A program made the position numbers and the translations under genes. Positions 1 through 9,192 of a stretch of DNA of 62,975 nucleotides are shown piece after piece. The notes under the pieces are model-generated. The model was not told where the DNA came from. It did not search any database and saw only the letters and a program-made list of their open reading frames with translations. This stretch comes from Bacteroidota bacterium. Lineage in GTDB: Bacteria > Bacteroidota > Bacteroidia > Chitinophagales > Chitinophagaceae. The DNA lies in contig JBPOHG010000071.1 of assembly GCA_052035835.1 (NCBI GenBank), positions 1 to 62,975 of the forward strand. Direction: 5' to 3'. Positions within the stretch are counted from its first letter, which is position 1. Every line of letters begins with the position of its first letter.

Positions 1-333
1 GTGGATGAATTGAACCAAATGATATTAGAAGGCAAGATCCTTGATGCTTTTGAGAAATTTTATGCAGATGATGTAGTCATGCAGGATAATGACTACCCGG
101 TTCGCGTAGGTAAGGAAGTAAACCGCCAGTATGAAGAAGCATTTGTGAATGGCCTCACCGAATTTCGCGGTGCAAAAGTGATCAATACGATCATCAGCGA
201 TGGTATTGCAGTTATTGAGTGGTGGATGGATTTCACGCACAAGGATTATGGTGTAAGGAATTATACGCAGGTGAGTGTACAGCGTTGGAAAAACGGGAAG
301 ATCGTTGAAGAAAAATTCTATTATAATAGTTAA
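1..333 (+). CDS. SnoaL-like / NTF2-fold protein (probably 5'-truncated by the window edge)
   Basis: Pattern 'AFEKFYADDVVMQDND...G...' and C-terminal 'VQRWKNGKIVEEKFYY' are typical of SnoaL/NTF2 proteins; ORF is open from base 1. Confidence 0.75.
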   Translation: MDELNQMILEGKILDAFEKFYADDVVMQDNDYPVRVGKEVNRQYEEAFVNGLTEFRGAKVINTIISDGIAVIEWWMDFTHKDYGVRNYTQVSVQRWKNGKIVEEKFYYNS

Positions 334-351
334 AATTAATCGCAGTTTAAT

Positions 352-393
352 AAATAGTCTGCCGCATCTTCGTATGTTGGCAGACTATTTTTT
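352..393 (+). terminator. Intrinsic terminator after the SnoaL gene
   Basis: AAATAGTCTGCC (352-363) pairs with GGCAGACTATTT (379-390), ending in a T run. Confidence 0.7.
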
Positions 394-413
394 ATTATTG
401 CGTAATCTAACCA

Positions 414-875
414 ATGGATATGAGCATAGAGAAGGATATTTTTCAGGCGAAATTTAGAAATGATTATCAAAAGAGTATCATCAACTTCATTTATACTTTT
501 AATTGGATGAATGAAAAAATGAAGTCGATTTTCGACAGGGAGGATATCACATCGCAGCAATTTAATATCCTTCGTATTTTAAGGGGGGCAGGCAAACCGC
601 TCTCCACATTACAGATCAGGCAGCGAATGCTGGATAAAATGAGTGATACAAGCAGGATTGTAGACAGGTTGGTTTTAAAAGACCTCGTAAAGAAAAATAC
701 CTGCGAATCGGATAAGCGGCTGGTTGACGTTGTGATCACAGACAAGGGTTTAAAGCTGCTCGAAAAACTGGATGCATACGATCATGAAATGGATGGTGTG
801 TTTGGAACACTTACACCCGAAGAAGCAAAAACCCTGAATACCTTATTGGACAAAATCCGTTCTTCTGATGATTGA
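414..875 (+). CDS. MarR family transcriptional regulator
   Basis: 'ITSQQFNILRILRG', 'TSRIVDRLV', 'DKRLVDVVITDKG' winged-helix motifs. Confidence 0.9.
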   Translation: MDMSIEKDIFQAKFRNDYQKSIINFIYTFNWMNEKMKSIFDREDITSQQFNILRILRGAGKPLSTLQIRQRMLDKMSDTSRIVDRLVLKDLVKKNTCESDKRLVDVVITDKGLKLLEKLDAYDHEMDGVFGTLTPEEAKTLNTLLDKIRSSDD

Positions 876-2082
876 TAAATTAATGGCTGTTGCTACCGCA
901 TGGATACTTTCTGTACCTGCATTTGCACAACAGGCTGCTGTGGCAAATGACGCAGGCACAAAGGAAGAGATGAGGGCTGTATGGATAGCCACGGTTGATA
1001 ATATTGACTGGCCTTCTGCCCCTACCATTAGCAGTGAACAACAAAAAAGCGATTTCATCCGCCTGCTTGATATGCACCAGCGCAACGGAATGAATACCCT
1101 GATTGTGCAGGTACGTCCTTCTTCAGATGCATTTTACCCATCGCCCTTTGAACCATGGAGCCAATGGCTTACAGGTAAGCAGGGGCAGGCACCGGTACCG
1201 TATTATGACCCGCTGGAGTTTATGATAACTGAAACGCATAAACGAGGTATGGAATTCCATGCCTGGATGAACCCATACCGTGCTGTTTTCAATGTTTATA
1301 GGTCTTCCATTACACCCGACCACATTACCCGCCTCCACCCGGAATGGTTTTTAAACTATGGGGATAAAAAATATTTCGACCCGGGTAATAAAGATGCCCA
1401 ACAATATGTATTGAATGTGGTAAAAGATGTTGTGAAAAGGTACAATGTAGACGCCATTCATTTTGATGATTACTTTTATCCTTACCCGATACCCGGGAAA
1501 GACTTTCCGGATATGGTTTCTTATAAGAAATACGGGAACGGCATGGCAAGGGATAATTGGAGGAGAAGCAATGTAGATTCTATTATCCTGAAATTGTATA
1601 CAACCATTAAGCAGGAAAACAAAGATTGCCAGTTTGGGATCAGCCCTTTTGGGGTATGGCGCAATGCTGATAAGGATCCCAATGGAAGCAATACTAAAGC
1701 CGGCCCTACCAATTATGATTATCTGTATGCCGATATCCTGTTGTGGCTGAAGAATGGTTGGGTTGATTATGTAGCCCCCCAATTGTATTGGGAGATCGGC
1801 CATAAGCTGGCACCTTATGAAGTATTGGTAGACTGGTGGAGCAAGAATACATATGGAAAAAAATGCTACATCGGCCTGGGGTTTTATAAAGCAGGAAGCA
1901 ACAAAGCATGGAAAGAAAAATCTCAGTTACCCAGGCAGATTGAAAAAATCAGGAACACCCCCAATATTCATGGGATGGCATTTTTTAGCAGCAAATCACT
2001 GGAGAAAAACCTCAATGGATGGAGCGACAGCCTTCGGCTGAACTATTTCAAATTTCCTGCCCCTACCCCCAAAGTGAAGTAA
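868..2082 (+). CDS. GHL10 (glycosyl hydrolase-like 10, YddW/DigH-like) secreted glycoside hydrolase
   Basis: Signal peptide, 'EMRAVWIATV.NIDWPS', 'HAWMNPYR', 'IHFDDYFYPY', 'DYVAPQLYW'. Confidence 0.88.
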   Translation: MIDKLMAVATAWILSVPAFAQQAAVANDAGTKEEMRAVWIATVDNIDWPSAPTISSEQQKSDFIRLLDMHQRNGMNTLIVQVRPSSDAFYPSPFEPWSQWLTGKQGQAPVPYYDPLEFMITETHKRGMEFHAWMNPYRAVFNVYRSSITPDHITRLHPEWFLNYGDKKYFDPGNKDAQQYVLNVVKDVVKRYNVDAIHFDDYFYPYPIPGKDFPDMVSYKKYGNGMARDNWRRSNVDSIILKLYTTIKQENKDCQFGISPFGVWRNADKDPNGSNTKAGPTNYDYLYADILLWLKNGWVDYVAPQLYWEIGHKLAPYEVLVDWWSKNTYGKKCYIGLGFYKAGSNKAWKEKSQLPRQIEKIRNTPNIHGMAFFSSKSLEKNLNGWSDSLRLNYFKFPAPTPKVK

Positions 2083-2102
2083 TATATTTTAAATATCAAC
2101 TT

Positions 2103-2420
2103 TTAATATGCCGGCAGCCAGCTGGCATATTTTTTTCCCTCCAATCGGTCGCAAGTAGCAACACCCCCTAAACGAATTCGTAAAGGAATATTGGTGGCAG
2201 ATTCGAACTGCCATTCTTTTTTGCACATAAAACCTAACTGTGATGCATAGAAGTTGGCCGGTATCAACACAAAAGGGCGAATGGGAAAGTTGGGAAGAGT
2301 AGTTTTGGATAAGGTAAGTGGAGAATGAAAAGGATATCTAAAATAGCCTTTTTTCTGGCTAAAAGCAAACTTTGCCACAAAAATCATGCAAAAAAATAAA
2401 AATAACAGTTTTTGTTTCAT
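2103..2420 (-). CDS. Small secreted hypothetical protein
   Basis: Signal-peptide-like N-terminus; fills the gap divergent from rpoN; C-terminal 'GFMCKKEWQFE...PLRIRLG' block looks like a real conserved segment. Confidence 0.65.
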   Translation of the reverse strand: MKQKLLFLFFCMIFVAKFAFSQKKGYFRYPFHSPLTLSKTTLPNFPIRPFVLIPANFYASQLGFMCKKEWQFESATNIPLRIRLGGVATCDRLEGKKYASWLPAY

Positions 2421-2462
2421 TATACGGGCATCTATATTGTAAATTTACGCTTGAAACTGCTT

Positions 2463-2504
2463 ATGGGATTGATTCATAGAATATTTAGAAAAAATCGAAC
2501 ATAA
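2463..2504 (+). other. Candidate 13-codon uORF (MGLIHRIFRKNRT) in the rpoN leader
   Basis: ATG at 2463, TAA at 2502-2504, 12 nt before the rpoN ATG; translation is not demonstrated. Confidence 0.3.
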
Positions 2505-2516
2505 CCAGTAAAAAGC

Positions 2517-4001
2517 ATGGCATTACACCAGAGTTTACAACAAAAGCTGCTTCAAAAGCTATCCCCCCAGCAGATTCAATTGATGAAGTTGTTGCAGGTA
2601 CCTACTGCCCAGTTGGAAGAAAGGATTAAGGAAGAAATGGAAGAGAACCCGGCACTGGAACAAAGTGAAGAAGGGCACGAAGATGAATTTGAAACAAAAG
2701 ATGAGTTTACAGAAGATGGGGATGATGAATTTGAGCCAGATGGTAGCGAGGAAGAATATGATAATATTGATATCACAGAGTATGTGCAGGATGGGGATGA
2801 CGAGGTAGGCGACTACAAACTCAGGGATGACAATTATCCTGAAGCAGACGATAATAAAGTGACGCCCCATCGGGTTGAAGCCAGTTTCAATGAAATGATG
2901 TTGCAGCAATTGGGTTTGCTTAAACTAACTGAAGAAGAACGCAAAATAGCAGAGCAGGTAGTGGGGAGCCTCGACGATGACGGTTACCTCCGTAGGGAAG
3001 TCACTTCCATTATGGATGATCTTGCATTCAGGCAAAATATCGACGCCAGCGAAGAGGAAATAGAAAGGATTGTACGCATGATCCAACAATTCGATCCCCC
3101 GGGTATTGGTGCCCGTACTTTACAGGAATGTTTGTTGCTGCAACTTGAGCGTAAGTTAGAACAGGGCAAGCACATAGAATTGGCAATAAAAGTACTGGAT
3201 AAATATTTCGATGAGTTCACTAAAAAGCATTACGAGAAGATACAAAAAGGCCTCAGCCTGACTGACGAACAGTTGCGTGAAATCATTCAACAGATTATTC
3301 GGCTCAATCCCAAACCTGGCGGTAATATTGGCGAATCAAGTAAAGGAGAGAACTACATTATCCCCGATTTTTTTATTGTTAACAACAATGGCAAACTGGA
3401 ATTGACGCTCAATAGCAGGAATGCACCCGACCTGCGTATCAGTGAAGGTTACAGGGATATGCTGCGTGATTATGAAAAGGGTTCTAAAAAAGACAAGCGG
3501 CAAAAAGAAGCAGTACTTTTCATCAAACAAAAGATCGATTCGGCCAAATGGTTTATAGATGCCATCAAACAAAGGCAAAATACGTTGTTGAACACGATGG
3601 AGGCGATCCTCAATTACCAGTATGACTTTTTTCTTACCGGAGATGAAACAGAGCTGAAGCCAATGATCCTGAAAGATATTGCAGAGCGAACTGCACTGGA
3701 TATTTCAACTGTGAGCAGGGTTGCCAACAGTAAATTTGTTCAAACAGAGTTTGGTACTTACCGCCTTAAATTTTTCTTCAGCGAAAGCCTGCAAACTGAA
3801 AGTGGAGAAGAAGTGAGTACCCGTGAAGTAAAAAAAATCCTTACAGATATTATTGAAGAAGAAAGCAAGAAGCAACCGTATAGCGATGAAAGGCTTACCG
3901 AAATGTTACAGGAAAAAGGTTACAATATTGCCCGTCGCACGGTAGCGAAATACAGAGAACAATTGAATATACCTGTAGCCAGGCTTCGGAAAATCCTGTA
4001 A
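2517..4001 (+). CDS. rpoN: RNA polymerase sigma-54 factor
   Basis: Gln/Leu-rich region I 'QSLQQKLLQKLSPQQIQ', acidic region II, RpoN box 'ARRTVAKYRE'. Confidence 0.98.
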   Translation: MALHQSLQQKLLQKLSPQQIQLMKLLQVPTAQLEERIKEEMEENPALEQSEEGHEDEFETKDEFTEDGDDEFEPDGSEEEYDNIDITEYVQDGDDEVGDYKLRDDNYPEADDNKVTPHRVEASFNEMMLQQLGLLKLTEEERKIAEQVVGSLDDDGYLRREVTSIMDDLAFRQNIDASEEEIERIVRMIQQFDPPGIGARTLQECLLLQLERKLEQGKHIELAIKVLDKYFDEFTKKHYEKIQKGLSLTDEQLREIIQQIIRLNPKPGGNIGESSKGENYIIPDFFIVNNNGKLELTLNSRNAPDLRISEGYRDMLRDYEKGSKKDKRQKEAVLFIKQKIDSAKWFIDAIKQRQNTLLNTMEAILNYQYDFFLTGDETELKPMILKDIAERTALDISTVSRVANSKFVQTEFGTYRLKFFFSESLQTESGEEVSTREVKKILTDIIEEESKKQPYSDERLTEMLQEKGYNIARRTVAKYREQLNIPVARLRKIL

Positions 4002-4011
4002 AACCATATCA

Positions 4012-4704
4012 ATGCAATTAGCCCCCATGATTTCTGATAGCAATGGCCAACAAGCAGCACCGGCATCCGAGCCGGTAGGCATTGCAGCAAAAATTTTCAG
4101 TGCACTTTTTTCATACCTGTTTCATCCGGTATTTGTTCCATTGTATGTGGTAGCATTTTTGGTGTATGTTCACCCATCAGCTTTTGCAGGCTTTTCTGCC
4201 ATGGAAAAAAAGCAAACCATGCTGATTGTAGTGTTGAACCTGGTTTTCTTTCCATTGATAACAGTATTATTATTAAAAGCGGTAGGCTTTATTAGTTCAT
4301 TGTACCTGCGAACACAAAAAGACAGGATCATTCCATATATCGCTTCAGGTATTTTCTTTTTCTGGGCATATACTGTATTCAAAGAGCAACCTCAGTACCC
4401 GTTGATGTTAACGGCATTTGTATTGGGGATTTTCCTCGCATCATCAGCCGCGTTACTGGCAAATATTTATTTTAAAGTAAGTATGCATGCAATAGGAATG
4501 GGAGGCTGGTTGGGCTTGTTCCTGGCACTATTTTATACAAATGCCATGTTGATGACATGGCCCATTGCCATTGTGTTACTCATTTCCGGACTTGTTTGTT
4601 CGGCCAGGTTGCTGATAAACAGCCATCAACCCAAAGATATTTACCTTGGTTTGTTGATAGGTATGGTTACACAATTTGTTGCTGCAATTTTTGTACTTCG
4701 CTGA
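4012..4704 (+). CDS. Multi-pass membrane protein (PAP2-like C-terminus)
   Basis: About 6-7 hydrophobic segments; 'KVSMHAIG' and 'ARL...H' resemble PAP2-like motifs; directly follows rpoN. Confidence 0.65.
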   Translation: MQLAPMISDSNGQQAAPASEPVGIAAKIFSALFSYLFHPVFVPLYVVAFLVYVHPSAFAGFSAMEKKQTMLIVVLNLVFFPLITVLLLKAVGFISSLYLRTQKDRIIPYIASGIFFFWAYTVFKEQPQYPLMLTAFVLGIFLASSAALLANIYFKVSMHAIGMGGWLGLFLALFYTNAMLMTWPIAIVLLISGLVCSARLLINSHQPKDIYLGLLIGMVTQFVAAIFVLR

Positions 4705-4779
4705 TATTTGTATTCAAAGAAACTGATAGGGATCAATTTTGGGCAAATTACTTTCATTTAAATTCGCAAAAAATAAAGT

Positions 4780-5097
4780 ATGAAAAAAGCAATGTTGTTT
4801 GTTTCAGTAGTGATCGCTTCCGGCATTTTTGTAGGATGCGAAGCTAAACAGGAAGAAAAGAAAGCAGCTAACCCGGAAGCTGCTGCAGAGAAAAAAATGG
4901 ACATGCCGGTAACAAAGGAAGAAGATAAATTCAGTAAAATTGAATTTGCCAACAGCCGCGATTTTATTTGTAACATGCCTGTTTCTGCAGGGGTGAATGA
5001 TACTGCTCAGTACAAAGGGAAAGTGTATGGGTTTTGTGCAACCGAATGCAAAGAGGAATTTTTAAAAGATCCAGAATCCCATCTGGCTAAGAAATAA
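4780..5097 (+). CDS. YHS-domain lipoprotein
   Basis: Lipobox 'FVGC'; 'DFICNMPV...YKGKVYGFCATECKEEFLKDP' YHS signature. Confidence 0.88.
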   Translation: MKKAMLFVSVVIASGIFVGCEAKQEEKKAANPEAAAEKKMDMPVTKEEDKFSKIEFANSRDFICNMPVSAGVNDTAQYKGKVYGFCATECKEEFLKDPESHLAKK

Positions 5098-5126
5098 AAG
5101 CAAGAAGCCCCGTCCAATACCGGGGC
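5096..5126 (-). terminator. Hairpin with a U-rich tail on the minus strand (no minus-strand gene ends here)
   Basis: GCCCCG (5107-5112)/CGGGGC (5121-5126), preceded on + by AAAAGCAAGAA. Confidence 0.5.
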
Positions 5127-5430
5127 CTCTCATTGTCCTGTAGTGCCTAACAAAAGATTATAGTTATGCTGCCTGCATAGCTAATAAGCATGCAATGCTG
5201 CAAAGTGATTTAATGAGTTAGAAATACCGATAAGAGTTGAGGGGATTTCCGGTTGATAATACGTAAAAATCGCATCGCCGGACAGGTGTTTTTCTCAGTC
5301 TATTGGTTTTTCATGCTTGGATACTATTTACATTGTATCAGGTTGATATATAAGCGAATAATTGTAGGTTTTATTGTGTTTCTTTCTTCGATCCCAGATA
5401 TTTTTATTTTTAAAATATCACATTTTTGCA

Positions 5431-5457
5431 TGTAACATTGGATAATCATGACAGTCT
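5431..5457 (+). promoter_or_regulatory. Possible ECF-sigma promoter of the peroxidase gene
   Basis: TGTAAC-N17-GTCT, matching the AAC/-35 and GTC/-10 ECF pattern. Confidence 0.3.
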
Positions 5458-5514
5458 GTTTATAGCCTGGCGAAGGATTTTATGCCTCATTACGTCTAAA
5501 CAAAAAAGTTTTGT

Positions 5515-6567
5515 ATGCGAATATTATCGGTTTCCCTGTTTTTGATTGTATCGGCAACTATATTTCAATACTGTTCAAAAAAGGATTCGGAACCACAAAC
5601 ACCCGACACCGAGGTGAAACCGGTATTGCCATCAACTGCTTATAACTACCTGGTTAGTTATCCGGCCTACCTGTTGCCAGCAATGCAGCAGAATGATAAT
5701 ACCCCAGCCAACAATCCAACTACCAATGATGGAGCAACCTTGGGCAGGGTACTATTTTATGACAAGAATCTTTCTGCCAATAAAACCATCAATTGTGCAT
5801 CCTGCCATAAGCCTTCCAACTCATTTAGTGATAACCTGGTATTAAGTGAAGGGTTTATGGGTGGTTTAACAGCCAGGCATTCGATGCCGCTTATCAATGT
5901 GGCATTTTACAGATCGGGGCGTATGTTTTGGGATGAAAGAGCTGCAACGCTCGAACAACAGGTGCTCATGCCTGTACAAGACCATGTTGAAATGGGCATG
6001 ACCATTCCCGACCTCGTGACCAGGTTGTCGGCACTTAGTTATTACCCTTCATTGTTTCAAAAGGCATTTGGCAGTACACAAATAGATAGTGTGCGAATTT
6101 CAAGGGCATTGGCACAGTTTGTACGCAGTATAATCCCATACCAGTCGAAGTTCGACCGGGTAAAACAGGGGTTGGAGACCTTTAATGCCCTGGAACAAAC
6201 CGGCGAACAACTGTTTCTCAATGCAACACCGCCTCCCCCAGCACCACAGATTACATGTGCAGGCTGCCATACGCCACCGTTATTCATCACTTCCAGTCCG
6301 GCTGGCCCGTTTGGTTTGGCAGACGCCAATGATGCGGGGATAAATAACACTGGAAATTTTAAATCGGGCTCACTTAGGAATATTGCACTAACCGCACCTT
6401 ATTTTCACAATGGCTCTGTAGCTAGTTTACAAAATATGCTCACCTCTACGATCCCGGCTCACCGGGTAGCACCCCCCGATGTACAGGCTTTGTTGGCTTA
6501 CATGAATACATTATCCGATCAAACGACGATGAATGAGGATAGGTTTTCAGACCCTTTCCCACAATAA
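5515..6567 (+). CDS. Di-heme cytochrome c peroxidase (bCCP/MauG family) lipoprotein
   Basis: Two CxxCH motifs (CASCH, CAGCH), 'LGRVLFYDKNLS', 'FWDERA', 'SLRNIALTAPYFHNGS'; lipoprotein-like 'YCSKK'. Confidence 0.9.
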   Translation: MRILSVSLFLIVSATIFQYCSKKDSEPQTPDTEVKPVLPSTAYNYLVSYPAYLLPAMQQNDNTPANNPTTNDGATLGRVLFYDKNLSANKTINCASCHKPSNSFSDNLVLSEGFMGGLTARHSMPLINVAFYRSGRMFWDERAATLEQQVLMPVQDHVEMGMTIPDLVTRLSALSYYPSLFQKAFGSTQIDSVRISRALAQFVRSIIPYQSKFDRVKQGLETFNALEQTGEQLFLNATPPPPAPQITCAGCHTPPLFITSSPAGPFGLADANDAGINNTGNFKSGSLRNIALTAPYFHNGSVASLQNMLTSTIPAHRVAPPDVQALLAYMNTLSDQTTMNEDRFSDPFPQ

Positions 6568-6729
6568 CTTGTACGACTCAACATAATCAAACATTCAATA
6601 GGGTTTACAGGAATTTTTTGTAAAAATCCGACAAACCACTGATTTCTTTATGCCGCTCATGCGGTTGCATTTTCTGTTGGTCACTTTTAACTACGAAACC
6701 ATTCGTTAGTATTGGAGATTTGAGCAGAA

Positions 6730-9192
6730 ATGAACCGTATGAAAATATTTCTGTTGATATTAAGCTGTGTAGGGTGGTTGGGATTATTTGCACAACCAAC
6801 ACTTACTTCTTCACTTACCATAACCATTAGGGGCGAAAATAACCGGCCCCTCGAAAATGTTACAGTTTCCCTGTTGAATGCCCGTGACAGTGGATTGCGT
6901 AAAACTACTTTATCTGATAAGGAGGGTATAGCCATCATCGACCATGTGAAGCCCGGCAACTATTTGCTTCGCATTACTGCCATTGGTACCCAGGAAAAAT
7001 GGGGCCCATTGTTTGAAGTTAAGCAAGGAGACAGTGTAGTAAAGCTGGGTGATTTTGTATTACAGCCAAAAAATGCAAATGCACTCCAGGGAGTAACCGT
7101 TACGTCCCGCAAACCATTCATTCAGCGGCTTTCAGACAGAATTGTGGTGAATGTAGAAAATAGTATTGTACATGCGGGAAGTTCTGCCATGGAAGTATTG
7201 GAGCGTTCTCCTGGCGTGTTGGTAGATCAGAATGATGCGATCAGCCTGAAAGGGAAGCAGGGTGTTTTGATCATGATTGATGGAAAACCAACTGCCATGA
7301 CAGGTACAGATCTTGCCAATTACCTGAAAGGGTTGCCGTCGGCAGCAATAGAACGGATTGAGATAATCACGAACCCTTCTGCCCGATATGATGCAGCCGG
7401 GAATGCCGGTATAATAGATATCAGAATGAAGAAGGACCGGCGTTTAGGCGTTAACGGTACTTTCACTGCCGGGTATGGACAAGGAGTATATCCAAAAGCA
7501 AATACAGGGGCCACATTTAATTACAGGAATAAGAAAGTAAATTTGTTTGGAAATTATAATTATTCCTACCGCGTTGGGCTGAACCATTTATTGCTGGATA
7601 GAAATTTTTATGAAAATGCTGTGTACAATGGGGGCGACCTGAAGGATAATTACTCTAAATCACCATTGGATGCTCACACGGCAAGGGTAGGGATGGATTT
7701 TTTGCCATCTAAAAAATCGATCATCGGTTTTGTGGTCAATGGTAATTTCGGACATTACCGGCGCAACAACAGCAATAGTTCAGTTGTCATTAATCCCCAA
7801 AAACAAAAGGTTAGTACTTTTTTATCAAGGGCTACCAATAATGACCATTCAAACAACCTGGTTGCGAATATCAATTTCAAACATAGTTTCGACAGTGCCG
7901 GCAGGGAGTTGAGCGCAGACGTGGATTATGGCGAATACCGATCCCGTTCTTTAACATCAAACGGTACAAGTTATTTTAAGTTAGACGGTTCGGCCTTACA
8001 ACCCGATTATACCCTCAACGGCAACCAAAAAGGTGTTCTACGTTTTAAAACAGCCAAAGCAGATTATATACATCCTTTCAGATCGGGTTGGAAGTTGGAA
8101 ACCGGCGTGAAGACAAGTTTTGTTTCTTCTGATAATGACGCACGTTTTACGGATGTGAGTACATCTTTTCCGGTTAACGATACTAATAAAACCAATCATT
8201 TCCTGTATCATGAGAGCAATCATGCACTGTACGCTTCCTTAAAAAAGGATTTCAAAAAATTTGATGTCCAATTTGGGTTAAGAGGCGAGCAAACGAATAT
8301 AGAAACTGAGCAACTGATCGGGAACCGCCGATTCGACTCTTCTTATTTTCAACTTTTTCCGAGTGCCTTTTTTAATTATCGTATTAAAGAAGAGCAAACC
8401 ATTGGCTTATCTGTTAGCCGTAGAATCGACCGCCCGGGATATTCTCAACTTAATCCATTTTTATTCCTGATTGATGTAACTACTTATTCAACAGGAAGGC
8501 CGGGCTTACTTCCACAGCTTACCTGGTCATATGAACTGAGCTATACGCTGAAGAATTTGAATATAACAGCGGGTTACAGTTATACAAAAGACAATCAGAA
8601 TATTGCCATTGCAAAATTCAGGGATGTTTTTCCGGGTATACCTTCTGAAGAGAATGTGACGGTTCAAATCCCCATTAACTTGCGTTCTTACGAAACAGTT
8701 AGTTTGGGCTTATCAGCGCCGCTTCGAATTGCAAAATGGTGGAATATGATTAACAATGCAGATATTTCATACCAGCATTTCAACGGGAGCCTGGGTGAAA
8801 CAAACCTCAGGAATGGTAAGCCAACTATCGACTTCAGGACGAATAACAGTTTTACATTTAAGAAAGGGTGGGCAGCCGAATTAAACATCAATGTAAATTC
8901 GGGTGGCCGCTATGGGTTTATGGTGATGGATCCGCAATGGGGGATTGCTGTAGGTGCACAAAAGACAGTATTAAAGGGAAAAGGGATGCTTCGATTTAAT
9001 TTTACAGATATTTTTTGGACGAACCTTCCTAAAGCAATTATTACCTATGATAATTACATCGAAAAATGGCGGGCCTTCCGGGAAACTAGGGTAGCAAACC
9101 TTTCTTTCTCTTATCGATTTGGAAACAACAAAGTTCAGGGTGCCAGGCGAAGGGTAACCGCTTCGGAAGAAGAACGCCAACGGGCACAGTAA
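6730..9192 (+). CDS. TonB-dependent receptor / outer-membrane beta-barrel with N-terminal carboxypeptidase-regulatory-like domain
   Basis: Signal peptide, plug motif 'IERIEIITNPSARYDAAGNAGIIDI', barrel end 'LSFSYRFG' plus short tail. Confidence 0.9.
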   Translation: MNRMKIFLLILSCVGWLGLFAQPTLTSSLTITIRGENNRPLENVTVSLLNARDSGLRKTTLSDKEGIAIIDHVKPGNYLLRITAIGTQEKWGPLFEVKQGDSVVKLGDFVLQPKNANALQGVTVTSRKPFIQRLSDRIVVNVENSIVHAGSSAMEVLERSPGVLVDQNDAISLKGKQGVLIMIDGKPTAMTGTDLANYLKGLPSAAIERIEIITNPSARYDAAGNAGIIDIRMKKDRRLGVNGTFTAGYGQGVYPKANTGATFNYRNKKVNLFGNYNYSYRVGLNHLLLDRNFYENAVYNGGDLKDNYSKSPLDAHTARVGMDFLPSKKSIIGFVVNGNFGHYRRNNSNSSVVINPQKQKVSTFLSRATNNDHSNNLVANINFKHSFDSAGRELSADVDYGEYRSRSLTSNGTSYFKLDGSALQPDYTLNGNQKGVLRFKTAKADYIHPFRSGWKLETGVKTSFVSSDNDARFTDVSTSFPVNDTNKTNHFLYHESNHALYASLKKDFKKFDVQFGLRGEQTNIETEQLIGNRRFDSSYFQLFPSAFFNYRIKEEQTIGLSVSRRIDRPGYSQLNPFLFLIDVTTYSTGRPGLLPQLTWSYELSYTLKNLNITAGYSYTKDNQNIAIAKFRDVFPGIPSEENVTVQIPINLRSYETVSLGLSAPLRIAKWWNMINNADISYQHFNGSLGETNLRNGKPTIDFRTNNSFTFKKGWAAELNINVNSGGRYGFMVMDPQWGIAVGAQKTVLKGKGMLRFNFTDIFWTNLPKAIITYDNYIEKWRAFRETRVANLSFSYRFGNNKVQGARRRVTASEEERQRAQ

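Noticed and set aside
2636-2860. GAA/GAT-rich repetitive tract in rpoN
   Set aside because: Encodes the normal acidic region II of sigma-54
5253-5435. 60-aa hydrophobic ORF in the intergenic region
   Set aside because: TTG start, T-rich low-complexity sequence and no motif; likely a chance ORF
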